64,000 bases of DNA, from contig OZ024743.1 of the NCBI GenBank assembly GCA_964016885.1, positions 73,966,001 to 74,030,000 of the forward strand. Reading direction: 5' to 3'. Below, piece after piece: positions 42,055 through 56,179 of the stretch. A program made the translations under genes and the position numbers. Position 1 is the stretch's first letter, and every line of letters begins with the position of its first letter. Source of the DNA: Eledone cirrhosa. Lineage: Eukaryota. A model generated the notes under the pieces. That model saw nothing but the letters and a program-made list of their open reading frames with translations, had not been told where the DNA came from and did no database searches.

Positions 42055-42245
42055 ATATTGTTATATATAGTTATATATAGTTCTATATAATTATATATAA
42101 TTATATATAGTTCTATATAGTTGTATACAGTTCTCTATATTTCTATATAGTTATATATAGTTATATATAGTGATATATAGTTGCATATAGTTATATATAG
42201 TAATATATAGTTCTATATAGTTATACGTATATAGTAATATATATC
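42055..42245. repeat. 10-bp minisatellite (ttatatatag)
   Basis: Direct reading. Confidence 0.9.
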
Positions 42246-42964
42246 TTATATCACAGTTTGCTAGAAGTATCATCGTTTGTTGAAAGTATCCAATGTGCAC
42301 ATCACCGGTTCAATACATTTCTTTTTCGATCTGTTAATATAAAGCAATGCGATTTCAACTATACAAAGGTCCACAGAGATGCTCACTTTTCTAACACAGA
42401 TCGTATTCAGGGTGCAGCCAAAGCACCACCCCAACCTCGGTACAGTCTGTTATCTTCTTCCCTTCCCCACTCTCCTTCTCCTGTGACCTAATAGTCCTTG
42501 CTCTTTCCCTCCCTTTCTTCTCATTTATGGCATTTATAGTCTTTTCCTTTACTTTCCTATTCAGCCAGATCTTCCCTTCATTACCCCTTCCCTCTTTTTG
42601 TCATTACTTAATTTTGTTTTTAACCTTTTGTTCAATAGATACAAGGATATATACTAAAAAATAAATTCTACATTGTATTTGTTTTAACGTTTCAACTTCA
42701 ATTAAGTGGATTAACAGATTAGAAGAGAAATGACAGATTATATTTAAGAATTTAAGATCCGAAACATTCGCTTGAATGAGGGGTTTCTTCTCTAAAGAAC
42801 TTCTGCTGTCCAGCTCTCCTGGGAGTTTCTTCACTGCTTTTAACCGTTAATTACAATGGGTGATAGGGTGACACTGCGATCTCATATGAAGGACGTAATA
42901 AACACAGACAGGCCTAGAAACATATTTACTCATGTATGTATATATACACAGACATACACACATA

Positions 42965-43143
42965 TGAGGTGCTCAACAGTTCCTGGCTTATGAGAGGGTA
43001 GAGATGTTTCCTTTACAGAGGAGGTAGGACCGCTGCAATAAGTGTGTGAATCTGAGAAGGGAATATGTTGAATAAAATTATAATTAACTGTTCCTCCTGT
43101 ATATTTTTTTACCCAATGCAAGGAATCTCTCAGCACCCCTTCG
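42965..43143 (+). mobile_element. Mariner-derived internally deleted element/MITE
   Basis: TA flanks, degenerate TIRs gaggtgctcaacagttcct / aggaatctctcagcacccc, transposase C-terminus relic DRCNKCVNLRREYVE*. Confidence 0.75.
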
Positions 43144-44232
43144 TATATGTGTGTATGTACATGAGCGTGTGTGTGTGAGTGTGTAGGTGTGCGTGGAGGG
43201 TCGTGCAATCTATCAAATAGTAGAAGATAAGGTCAACATCGCATTTACTGTGAAAAATATCAATTATAATAATAATTGTTTCTGATTTAGACACAAGGCC
43301 AGTGCATTACTGGTACTTTATTTTATCAACCTCGTAAAGATGAATGATAAACACTGGTCTCCGAGAGATGCATAACATAGTGGCGATGATGAAGGTCAGA
43401 GACTGCTGGAGAGAACTCGTGCATGGATCTCGGGAATTGTACCCGCCCTAGATAGATTCATGTATAATTGCATGCTTCTATAATTTGTAGTACTCCACCC
43501 AAATATATGTGTGATCATGCTCTATCTCTCTAACTAACCCCCATACATGTAAGTGTTTCTATGGTATATGTAAGCAAAATATCCTTGTTGTAACTAGTTT
43601 CACTGAATATGCACGTGTGTCTTTTTTTTTCATTTTTTCTTTCTGTTCCTTCCTCTCGTCATTCTTTATCTTTCTATTTCATTTATATGTAATTATGTCT
43701 TCTGATAACAGACTAGTGTCCGAAACGTTATGACCATTTCCCCAGTTATTTCAAGCGTTAAACTAATATATTTCTTCAATGTGTATCATTCAATGTGTAT
43801 CATTCAAACTGTATCATTTCTTTTGTTATTTCTGTTTAATTTTGATATGTATATATATGTGATGTGTTAGGTAATTCCAAAGGAACAGAAAAGGAAAAAA
43901 GAGTGCTCTATGTATAGAACAGAGCTATTTAAATAGAAAGTGCACAACACACAATATAACTACTCCATTACCTAAGGTTTGTGGGTCACAGACGATAACA
44001 ATATACGTCTGTGATCCAGAAACCTTTGGTAATGGAGTAATTATATGTTGATATTTATATTTGAAAAAAAAAGGAAAAGAATGACTTCACTTGTAGTTGT
44101 AAATAATTTGATTTAATTTTATAATATTATAATATTATGAGTTGGTAGATCTAATGAATTTGAGGGTTTTTTATGGGCTTGTTTTTTGGATATTATTTGA
44201 CTTTGCCATAGTTTTTTTTCATATTCTTGTGC

Positions 44233-44263
<31 letters not shown>

Positions 44264-44531
44264 CTTATATATAGGAATAATACTTATATATGTGTTAAAT
44301 CTGGTGGTAAGCAGCAAGTCAAGAGATAGCTCAGTTGGTAGAGCAGTAAGTAAGTAAGTCCCGCTGCCCACTGTTGATCTGCGGCTTAACAACAACCAAA
44401 TAAATAGTCTATTTTACCCCCCCCCCCAATCTCATCTGTCTCGTCTTCTTTTTTCTCCCACTGTCGTTATCCTTACCTCCCTTACACATCATCACCACCA
44501 TCTGAAGGGTTGTGAGTAGTGCACATGTGTG

Positions 44532-44572
<41 letters not shown>

Positions 44573-44675
44573 GAAATGAAGTGCCTTGCTGAAGGTCACA
44601 ACACGCCACCTGCTCAAATAATTAAACTTATAGCCTTACGGCCATGTGTCGAACACCCTGATCGCAAAGCCAGTA

Positions 44676-44716
<41 letters not shown>

Positions 44717-44810
44717 GTGGAACACTGGAAGGTAATATCCGTAGTGGTAGAGCACTCAGTCCATGGGACGAGTTAGGTAGAAGTGGTTACACAACAGTTA
44801 GTTCACCATA

Positions 44811-44850
44811 CCGAGAACAATTGTTTCACCTTAGCGGATCCTCAGCTCGG
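44811..44850 (-). ncRNA. Minimal HHR
   Basis: ccgag-CTGAGGA-tccgctaaggt-GAAA-caattg-TT-ctcgg. Confidence 0.8.
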
Positions 44851-45012
44851 AATGGTCATGGTTATAGGAACAGGAAGGACAACCGTACGAACGCGCATGC
44901 GCAGAAACCCGGTCACTTCAAACAGGCAATACTAGACTGCGTGCGAGAGGTGTAAGGGAGATAACTACGAAAGTCCGAAAAGTTTTTAGGTTGAAAATAA
45001 AATTACAAAGAA

Positions 45013-45510
45013 TCAGTCCGGAGCCTTGTAGTTATGCAATAGGTATTTGGCGACATGTGGACAACGTGTGAACAATTCATTTCTCATGTTTAGGCAATCA
45101 CTATTGCGTAATCTCTTTAGAATAGTTATTCGTTCGTCAATACATAAGCCACACGTCGGATTTCCCCTTGCGTATGGCTTGGATTTAGTGATGGCTTTCC
45201 ATTGAATGGAGTAGTCTATACTTGAGTCCTTGAGGGACCATACGTGGCTCTCGAGTTTCGTGGATGAACGTCTGTCCGGGTACCTGAAGGTAGACTGGTG
45301 GTTCAGGAAACGTTCCTTAAATCGGCCCTCCGCCATGCCCACATAGGATTTGACCTCCTGTGGTTCGTTTGGTCGGTTGGAAGTGACCACAGCATCATAA
45401 ATTACAGCTGGTGTGTTGCATTGCTGTTGAAGGGGACAAGCTCTAGGCTTACGGCAAGAGCACCCTGGTGGGGTGTTGCTCCTAGGGCTGCTGGTGGTGT
45501 GGGCCTTCAT
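45013..45510 (-). pseudogene. PLE GIY-YIG endonuclease domain
   Basis: CSCRKPRACPLQQQC..VIY..YVGMAEGRFKERFLNH..CGLC..E..LNMRNEL..CPH. Confidence 0.9.
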
Positions 45511-45707
45511 GTTCTTTGCGCAGGAGTATCCTAGTTTAACTCTGTGTCGGTTGAAGATGGAGCGGTATTCATTAAGTGTCTATCTAAGAGGGCTAGACAT
45601 TTTTTTCGTACATTGGTTTTAACGTTGAGTGAGAAGGGAAGAGAGAAATCACTACCTTGATTAAATCTTAACCATCTACCATGTCAGGGTTTGTCATGTA
45701 TCATTTT

Positions 45708-45772
45708 ATTTTATCTGATGAGGACGTACTGTTAAACTTAATACAGTACCTCTGAAATGTGTATAATAAAAT
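45708..45772 (+). ncRNA. Minimal HHR
   Basis: attttat-CTGATGA-ggacgtactgt..acagtacctct-GAAA-tgtgta-TA-ataaaat. Confidence 0.82.
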
Positions 45773-46028
45773 TCATTGATCACAAGAATCTCTAGTTTTG
45801 TTCATATTTGAATTAATATATATTTATATATATTTATATATAATATATATATATTTATATATATGTAGAAGTTATATTTAATTTGTTGGGATTTAAACCT
45901 CTCCGACACTATTTTGCATAATAGACCAATAATAAAATTAGTAACCCCACTATCCGGGAGCTTCCAACCGACATGGTCGCATTCTTTAAGGGTATGTCAA
46001 TATTTGTTTATAAAACTGATCTATATTA

Positions 46029-46093
46029 TATTTTATCTGATGAAAGCGCACCTTAATTTGCTTTGGTGTCCTTGAAATATGTATAATGAAATA
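46029..46093 (+). ncRNA. Minimal HHR (family of 388-448)
   Basis: tattttat-CTGATGA-aagcgcacc..ggtgtcctt-GAAA-tatgta-TA-atgaaata. Confidence 0.82.
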
Positions 46094-46140
46094 AATATGA
46101 TTTTATAAATATAGTTTCCATTTGTTAATATACTGTATTA

Positions 46141-46169
<29 letters not shown>

Positions 46170-46182
<13 letters not shown>

Positions 46183-47036
46183 TGAGGTTGTCTGTCTGAT
46201 TGACTGTCTGCCTGTCTGTCTGTCTCTGTCTGTCTGTCTGTCTGTCTGTCTGTCACATCTCCTAAACCGTACGTTCAAATGTCGGTGAAATTGCTACACT
46301 TATAGATGAAGGTCCGGCGAAGACATCGGTCAAAAAAACTTTAAAATCGACCTACGCGAAGTGCAAAAATCGAATTTGTAATGTATTGAATTTTCAGTTC
46401 AAACGTATAAATAGAGATGAGAGACGAGTTATTTCCCTTTTATGGCGTCATTTCTTTATCTATTTACGTTACGAATAAACGTGCAGAAGTACAAAGATGC
46501 GCGAACAGTTTTCGGGCCCGCAAAATTTTAACCTGCAAAATTTATGAGTTCGAAGTTTCAACATTAAGCTTCCATTTTGCTTCATTTCCATTAAAAAGTC
46601 TTTTAAAACAATATTTCAGCGCATCAGCCTCGCCATCACCCGAGACAACGCTGCGAGTGTGCTGGCTTGCCTCAAAAATCATTAGAGAGGTTGCCCAGTA
46701 CTCGCGACGTTGCTGTCTTTTGCTCTGGTGTTGGCTCCGTTGTTCACCCCTTCCTTTACATTTTCTTTAATATTGTAGCATTGAAGGAATATGTCTTTCA
46801 TTGTATCATCCTTTGTAGTGTTACCGAGGCATTTGTAATGTTATTTATGTATATATTTAAAACATATTTGTTATGTTATTCTACTGTAAATTTATTTATA
46901 TGCTCTGTTTATATTTTCATTCTCACTACCCTCAAAAATCTATGAAACTACATACATGTTGCAACTCTCTCTCTATATATATATCACACACACACACACA
47001 CACACATATACATATACATCTAAAGAGAGAAAGGGA

Positions 47037-47085
<49 letters not shown>

Positions 47086-47252
47086 TGAGATAGGTCGTTA
47101 TACAGAGAGAGGTACAAGATAATCAGATAGAGAGACAGAGAGAGAGAATGGCGACGAACGCTGGTTCACACACACACACACACAAACACATACACATATA
47201 AAGAGAGAGAGAGGGGGGATCTGCGCGTTCTTTATTTTCTCCATTCTGTAGA

Positions 47253-47327
<75 letters not shown>

Positions 47328-48412
47328 GGTATGATAAAAAAGGGAGAGGGGTTGAGAAAGAAAGAAAGTTTAAGCAAAGAATCGCTGCTTTCAACATTAA
47401 CGGGATCTTCTGAAACAAAAAAATGTAATCTATGAACGCAGAATTAAATATTTCGAGAAACGTTGCAACCGAATGAAAACAGGAAGACGATATTTTGGTT
47501 CGTGAACACGTTCCCTGGTAATGAACGGAAAAAAAGCGAGGATAATACGTTGTTATGTGGATCGAGAAGAACAATTTCATGCAACGACGAGACCAAGTTT
47601 ATGGTATAAAGGGAGTCGTTAGACTAATATTCTATTTAAAATATCCGAATGATTTCCAACCCCAGAGTTTAAGAATGATGTAAATAAAATTGTAAACGAA
47701 AATGACAGAGGTTATTAAAATAGTTGTTTCTACTTTTGGCACAAGGCCAGCAAATTATCCAGTACATTACTGGTACTTTATTTTATCGACCCCGTAAGGA
47801 TGAAAAGCAAAGTTAACCTCGACGGGATTTTAACTTTACCTTAAATTAGTAAAAGTAAATAGTGAAGATTTAGGCCAGTAGATACGTATGCGCCGACGGA
47901 CATACACATACATATATATACGCACACACAAATACATACACACACACAAACACACACAGACACACGCGCGCGTGTGTGTGTAAACGTTATGCATTTCTAC
48001 AGTATTTTCACCAAACTTAAGACATAGGTTACTTATGTATTCCGGATGGTCATGGGCACTTTCATTTTTCCAGATATTGATTATAGGGCCTCCCGGCATC
48101 GAACCCTCTTTAACCACTTCCTTGGAGTCGACTGAAGCACTGCAGTGCAATGCAACAAAACGTCATAACTTCTGGAGTTCGCAACCGATTTTCACAAAAA
48201 CTTGACACATGGTGTACGTTTGTTCTACAGATGAATGTGAACTCTCAGAATTGGCACATATTGAGTAGGGGACCCCTGGGTGCAGGAACCCCCTTTTGGA
48301 AACGCCGATGATTTTGCAAAAGTATAGTTTTCGAAGCAGCACTGAAGTATTGACATAAATGGTATACATAACTGCTATTTAATACCCGAACAACGCCGGG
48401 TACCTCTGCTAG
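46170..48412 (+). mobile_element. Non-autonomous Helitron with nested repeats (5' end merges into (TA)n)
   Basis: 5' tatataaaactgaggttgtctgtctg with (gtct)n; 3' hairpin tacccg-aacaacgc-cgggta then CTAG|T. Confidence 0.72.
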
Positions 48413-48494
48413 TATATATATATACGAATAATACTTATATACGAATATTACTTATATATGTGTTAAATCCGGTGGTAAGCAGTAAGTCAGCAGC

Positions 48495-48525
48495 TAGCTC
48501 AGTAGGTAGAGAAGAGGACTGTAGA
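48495..48525 (+). pseudogene. 5' half of tRNA-Tyr(GTA)-like sequence; shorter relic at 44325-44344
   Basis: tagctcagtaggtagagaagaggactgtaga versus eukaryotic tRNA-Tyr tagctcagttggtagagcggaggactgtaga; no T-arm found. Confidence 0.7.
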
Positions 48526-48529
48526 CTAG

Positions 48530-48690
48530 TAAGTTAGGGTTAGAATAAGGGTTGGAATTAAGGTTAGGGTTAGCATAAGGGTTGGAATTAAGGTTAGGGT
48601 TAGAATAAGGGTTGGGATTAAGCTTAGGGTTAGCATAATGGTTAGAATTAAGGTTAGGGTTAGAATTAAGGTGAGGATAAGGATAAGGAT
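48530..48690 (+). repeat. Degenerate TTAGGG-related array with 30-bp period
   Basis: ttagggttagaataagggttggaattaagg, ~4.5 copies. Confidence 0.85.
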
Positions 48691-49019
48691 AAGTAAGTAA
48701 GTATCATCTGAAGGTGCTCATTTCTCATGGAGTCTTGAAGTAAGAGTTGTGCCTGTATAAGATTGTGTATAGTCCGGGATTTATGCTCATCAATATCATC
48801 TTTGCCTTATTTAGACGTGATGTTTTACAGTTAGATGTCCTTCCTCGTACCAGCACTTTTAAATATCTCTTACAGCATGCAGTTTTATGATACACCTTTT
48901 AAAAATTACAGCTCACCTTCCTAATTAATGCTTTACCTTTAGGCAATAGTTCATCTTTCTAAACAATAGAACATCCGTGTAAGCAATGTCACGAGGATGC
49001 ACCTCTCTGATGAGTTTCT

Positions 49020-49200
49020 GATAATAGGCACGAAGGTGGACTCCTTATTATGAAGTCAGTGGATGATCTGCCAGAATATTTTAGTTGCTGATCTAAAGTC
49101 AAATTATTGCTTAACGCTAAAGTCCTTCCATATCTTAACTTCAGATGCCTTTACTGTTTCTGCTGTGACTTTTCACACCTGCTTGTACCACACATGTTAC
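49020..49200 (-). pseudogene. RTE LINE internal fragment (between EN and RT)
   Basis: YKQV*KVTAETVKASEVKIWKDF..FDFRSATKIFWQII resembles RTE AV..AK...W..F....E.DF.SA.K.FW. Confidence 0.65.
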
Positions 49201-49329
49201 ACCGGACGACCAAGATACTTCGCAACAATGCTTGGACAGCCATCGTCTCTAACGACGACCGATCGAATTGTTGGAGCAACGGAATTGCCTACTCGAGAAA
49301 TTAGCTTGTAAGAGGCTGAGCATTCCATA

Positions 49330-49555
49330 GATGCAACATCAACGTAGTTCTCAGGGAGATTCAGCGTGACACAGCGTGTGACAAGATTGGCCCTTTTGAA
49401 TTACAGGTACAATTAATATTTTTTCAACTGAGTGGATTAGATCAACATGAAATAAAGTGCCTTGCTCAAGTACACAACACGCCACCTGCTCAAAGAATCG
49501 AACTTATAGCCTTAGGGCCATGAGCCAAACACCCTGACCGCAAAGGTAGTATGCT
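49330..49555 (-). mobile_element. Meta/V-core SINE (fragments also 44570-44680, 54356-54440, 56053-56170)
   Basis: gaaataaagtgccttgctcaag..cacaacacgcc..gaatcgaact shared by all copies. Confidence 0.75.
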
Positions 49556-50975
49556 TATATATATATATGTATGTGTGTATATATATATATATAATATATA
49601 TATATATATATAATATATATATATATATAATATATATATATATATAGAATATATATATATATAGAATATATATATATATATATATATATATAATGTTAAA
49701 TAAATGGAAACTATATTTATAAAACCATATTTATTTCATTATATATATTTCGGGGATATCATATTAACAATATGCTATGCCTTCCTCAAACAAAATACAA
49801 TATAAACAGTTTTATAGATAAATAGATTCGACATACCGTTATAACACCGACTTGCATTTGAAGAGGTTAAGCTGGCAGTGAAAAAATTTTACACAGAGAG
49901 AAAGAAAGAGAGAAAAAAAGAAAGAAAGACAGAAAACGAAGAAAAGGAAGAAAAAGAAGAAATGCATGGAACAAAATATAGAGATGGAAAGATAGATAAA
50001 GAGAAGAACTTCATGTAAAGAAACAGAAAGAGATATATATATATAGAGAGAGAGGAAATAGAGATAGATACATATATATATAGAAAATTAGGTAGTGGGA
50101 GGTCATTTTGAGTAAATGTATCAATGATACATTTATTTATTTATTTATTTATTTAGCTCTAGTATTAATGTAAGGGAGATATATATATAGAGAGAGAAAA
50201 AAAAAAAAAATATAGAGAGAGAAAAAATAGCGAGAGAAAAAATTTAAAAATAGCCAGATATATTCGAGGCGAAAAAACCCCATGTCTTAATGTATTAGAA
50301 TTCATAAAACTTCCATTATATTGTAAATATCAGTATTCCTGAATGAGACAAGTATCCATAGTGTGTGAAAATTAATTATCTTATGTTTAGTTTTTTAAAA
50401 AATTCATATGTTTATGTTATAGCTACAAACATCCATGTGAATCCACATTATCAACTCTGCAAACTCTAGGTTCACGGAAAACATTCTCAATGTGGTATAA
50501 AAATTTGAGTATACATATATGTGTATTATTATTCTTGTCTTTACTCTACAAGATTATCTATCAAGCAGAAATAGAGAGCAGATTTCAATATACTAATAAA
50601 AATATATATCAGAAACAAAACTAAAGATAAAAAGATAACAATAATAATAATAAGTAATAATAAAATAGAAAACTAAAAAAAAAAAAAAAAAAAAATATTA
50701 CGAAAGAATATTACATATTAAAAATATTACATACTAAAAAATATTACGTATTAAAGAATATTACGTATTAAAAAATTTACATATTAAAGATATTAAAAAT
50801 AAAAATAAAAAATATTATAAAATACTACAATAATAAAAAATAAAAATAAACCACAAAGATCAACCCTTCAAAATTAATTGACAATATATTGCCAAGTTCA
50901 TTATAAGACAAAGCCAAAAATGATCTATCAAATCACATCTAGCAAAGATCATTTCAGAAAGTTTATGATGTCCAA

Positions 50976-52699
50976 GTTGGAAATTGAGAACAGAACACAA
51001 CCCTTCGTGCCCAGGAAACCGAAGATCAATATGAAGGATCACAAGAGGAATTTTGAAAATGACCTGCCAGTTAGATTGATCGCACCATCAAAATCGGACC
51101 TGGGCAAATTAAGCAAAAACATTCTTGACAGGGTGATACAGCAAATTAATAACTTGGATTGTGTATCTAACCTGAGCTTGTGGAAGGGAACTGGAGAGGT
51201 TGTTGAGTGGTTTAGGCAAATTAAATATAACAATAATAATAGGTTTATTCAACTTGATATAGCTAACTATTATTCTTCTATTACCCCTAGTCTACTAAAT
51301 AAGGCACTAAATTACGCATTCAAACATACTGACCTAACTAGCAAAGAAATGCATATTATATTATCGGCTACGAAAACTTTGATAGAATTTAATGACAAAT
51401 TATGGACCAGAGCAGATAGAGATAGCAATTTTGACATAACTATGGGATCTTCCGACTCAGCTCAGGTAACTGACCTTGTGGGCTTATTTTTAATCAATTC
51501 GCTACATAGGAAAATACCTGGTACTACCGGAGGTTTATATAGGGATGACATGCTTTTACTTATTAATAATAATAACCCTGAACTAAATAGAAAATGTAAA
51601 CAAATTACAAAATTTTTTAATTACTTTAACCTTAAAATAGAAATTGAGAACAACCATAGAATAGTCAATTTCCTAGATATAACATTAAATCTCAACACAT
51701 GTCTCCACTATCCTTTTCATAAGTTGAATGAAAACTTAAACTATGTCAACTTTAACTCTAACCACCCCAGATCTGTCAAAAACACTATAGTAAACTCTGT
51801 TCAAAAACGTATCTCTAGGATCTCGTCGAATAGAAAGATTTTCGACGAAAAGGCCCAATACTATAATGAAGCATTAGCTAGGGCAGGATATGCTGATAAG
51901 ATTGTGTACATAGATAATGATAGACAAACTAAACAAAGTAACAACTTTTTTAATTACGGCAACAACATTAACAACTATAATAGAAAGCATTACAATAATT
52001 CCAAAGGCCAAAAAAGAAATAGAACTAGGAACATAATTTGGTTTGCCCCCCCCTTTCTCACTAAACATTAAAACCCACATCGCTAAATTATTTTTCAAAG
52101 CTCTTGATAATCGCTTCCCTAGAACACATAGGTATCACTCAATTTTCAATAGGCATACAATTAAATTAACCTACTCATCCACCAAAAATTTAGCACAAAA
52201 TATTAATAGAATAAATAATAGGAACTTAAAACCTAGTGATAATAGCATAAATAATATACAAGTTAACAAATGTAACTGTAGAGATAGATCTAAATGTCCG
52301 TTAAATAACAACTGCTTAGTTAAAAATATAGTATACAATTGTAATGTTAATACTGACTCTAATTCTTTTAACTACGTCGGTTCCACATCGACGGAATTTA
52401 AACTTCGCTATAATAACCACAAGAATTCTTTCACAGATCCAAGTAAAAAATCTTCAACGGCACTATCAGGCGTACTCTGGCAACTTAAGCTAGATAACGT
52501 TAGATATTCGACGGCTTGGAATATAGTCTCAAGGGGGATTCCTTTTAATTCATCCTCTGAGACATGTGACCTCTGCGCAGAGGAGATATTCTTTATACTA
52601 AAATCTAAAAATTCCCTTAATCTACGGACAAATTTATTCAGTTGTTGCAAACATAGATTAAACTCAACGTTTAAATATAAATTTAAATTTAAAATGTAG
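50976..52699 (+). pseudogene. PLE reverse transcriptase + GIY-YIG, one +1 frameshift in C8 run at ~52046-52053
   Basis: KDHK..RLIAPSKS, QLDIANYYSSI, FDITMGS, GLYRDD, VNFLDITL, SNHP, IIWFAPPF, CNCRDRSKCPLNNNC, IVY..YVG..R, CDLC..E, CKH; first ~33 aa of the listed ORF come from the inverted arm. Confidence 0.93.
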
Positions 52700-54107
52700 T
52701 ATATTTAGTTTGATTTATATTTATATGGGAAACTAGCCGATAAATTTTTGATTCCTAAATTTTGATTCCTTCTTTTTATTCTTTTTTTATTGTTTATTTT
52801 TATTTTTTTTATTTAAACATTCCTCATGAAAAATTAAGCTACCCTAAAAGCTGATGCTCCAAATATTTTGAATAAACCTTACACTAGATAAACTTCTATA
52901 TTAAATATAAGAACACATGTAGACAAAATTGGACATCATAAACTTTCTGAAATGATCTTTGCTAGATGTGATTTGATAGATAATTTTTGGCTTTGTCTTA
53001 TAATGAACTTGGCAATATATTGTCAATTAATTTTGAAGGGTTGATCTTTGTGGTTTATTTTTATTTTTATTTTTTATTATTGTAGTATTTTATAATATTT
53101 TTTATTTTTATTTTTAATATCTTTAATATGTAAATTTTTTAATACGTAATATTCTTTAATACGTAATATTTTTTAGTATGTAATATTTTTAATATGTAAT
53201 ATTCTTTCGTAATATTTTTTTTTTTTTTTTTTTTAGTTTTCTATTTTATTATTACTTATTATTATTATTGTTATCTTTTTATCTTTAGTTTTGTTTCTAA
53301 TATATATTTTTATTAGTATATTGAAATCTGCTCTCTATTTCTGCTTGATAGATAATCTTGTAGAGTAAAGACAAGAATAATAATACACATATATGTATAC
53401 TCAAATTTTTATACCACATTGAGAATGTTTTCCGTGAACTTAGAGTTTGCAGAGTTGATAATGTGGATTCACATGGATGTTTGTAGCTATAACATAAACA
53501 TATGAATTTTTTTTAAAAACTAAACATAAGATAATTAATTTTCACACACTATGGATACTTGTCTCATTCAGGAATACTGATATTTACAATATAATGGAAG
53601 TTTTATGAATTCTAATACATTAAGACATGGGGTTTTTTCGCCTCGAATATATCTGGCTATTTTTAAATTTTTTCTCTCGCTATTTTTTCTCTCTCTATAT
53701 TTTTTTTTTCTCTCTCTCTATATATATCTCCCTTACATTAATACTAGAGCTAAATAAATAAATAAATAAATAAATGTATCATTGATACATTTACTCAAAA
53801 TGACCTCCCACTACCTAATTTTCTATATATATATGTATCTATCTCTATTTCCTCTCTCTCTCTATATATATATCTCTTTCTGTTTCTTTACATGAAGTTC
53901 TTCTCTTTATCTATCTTTCCATCTCTATATTTTGTTCCATGCATTTCTTCTTTTTCTTCCTTTTCTTCGTTTTCTGTCTTTCTTTCTTTTTTCTCTCTTT
54001 CTTTCTCTCTGTGTAAAATTTTTTCACTGCCAGCTTAACCTCTTCAAATGCAAGTCGGTGTTATAACGGTATGTCGAATCTATTTATCTATAAAACTGTT
54101 TATATTG

Positions 54108-54173
54108 TATTTTGTCTGAGGAAGGCATAGCATATTGTTAATATGATATCCCCGAAATATATATAATGAAATA
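54108..54173 (+). ncRNA. Minimal HHR of the Hydra-like pLTR (mirror copy 49732-49797 has C3U only)
   Basis: tattttgt-CTGAGGA-aggcata..tatcccc-GAAA-tatata-TA-atgaaata. Confidence 0.8.
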
Positions 54174-54303
54174 AATATGGTTTTATAAATATAGTTTCCA
54201 TTTATTTAACATTGTAAATATACTCCAAATAGTTGTCGAGTGCTTTTATATCAGTTATAAATATTTACTAGTTGTAACCCAACAATTTTAAATATAACTT
54301 TCC

Positions 54304-54357
<54 letters not shown>

Positions 54358-55061
54358 CGTGAAATGAAGTGCCTTGCTCAAGGACACAGCACACCACCTG
54401 CTCAAAGAATCGAACTTATAGCCTTACGGCCATGAGTCGTAAGTAAGTAAGTTAAAAAACTGAGTTCAAAACTCACATTAATCGCCTATAATTCATGGTG
54501 GTATTGTATCCCCTTTAATTAAACACATGCCTTTTTGTGTGTTTTTCGCTATATACTGTCTTATAAAGAGCCCGGTATCTAAATTATAGGGGATTAATAT
54601 GAGGCTTTAACTCCGTTTTTTAATTTGATATTTTGCTCCTATTTCATGTTTATATATGTAACTTGAGCATCCTAAGTTGAATGGTCCTCGGCTGCTATTT
54701 TTAGCAGTCTTTTGGTCCATTCACACCACCTTGTGCTGTATAGCGCACATGTTTTCTCTTTACACCATGCGTTCTTACTAGTTGTCTGATATATTATTTT
54801 AGAAGTGTGTATCAAGCTATCATTCCTCCCGTTGATAAGCCTTCGGCGGTTTGATTCTACACTTTTTTTCGTGGCAAAACATGCCTACAGTGTATCCAGG
54901 AGATATAGTTACAAAAAGAATGGCATGCACTTGTTAATTTATCCTTTTAATTTTTAGGTATTTTCCATTCCGTTTGGAGATAATATGATTTTCACTCTCG
55001 TTGTGTTATATACCCTTTAATTAAACACATGACTATTTCTGTGTTTTTCTCTATATGCTGT

Positions 55062-55100
<39 letters not shown>

Positions 55101-55145
55101 GGGGGGGAGGGTGTGTGTATGTATATATATATATATATATATATA

Positions 55146-55911
<766 letters not shown>

Positions 55912-56179
55912 CATATACACATATATATTATATTTATATATACATATATATATAGGAACGATCGACTTTCGTCAAATCGGACCGAGGGAACAATGTTTCC
56001 GTTGGTCTTTCCAATTGCTAATACTATCTATCGGTCGCAACTCCAGGTAGAAGGAGCAACGTGAAATAAAGTGTCTTGCTCAAGGACATAACGCATCACC
56101 TGGTACAGGAATCGAACTCACAACCTTACGATTGCGAATCCAATTCCCTAACCACTCAGCCACACGCCTATATATATAT

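Larger units (their letters stand above)
44713..45640 (-). mobile_element. 5'-truncated Hydra-like PLE: linker + GIY-YIG, 3' UTR and HHR
   Basis: PFSLNVKTN..IFNRHRVKLGYSC upstream of ORF; same-strand HHR; ends in (TA)n. Confidence 0.88.
49692..54305 (+). mobile_element. 5'-truncated Penelope-like element (probable Hydra clade) with ~1.28-kb inverted arms 49692-50975 / 52929-54213 and ~90-bp tail
   Basis: RT+GIY-YIG body; arms are near-perfect reverse complements; both ends in (TA)n. Confidence 0.93.

Noticed and set aside
48530-48690. True telomere or fusion site
   Set aside because: Short, degenerate, 30-bp periodic, single orientation
52040-52075. Programmed frameshift between RT and EN ORFs
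   Set aside because: PLEs of this type encode one ORF; one extra C in a homopolymer explains it as mutation or sequencing error
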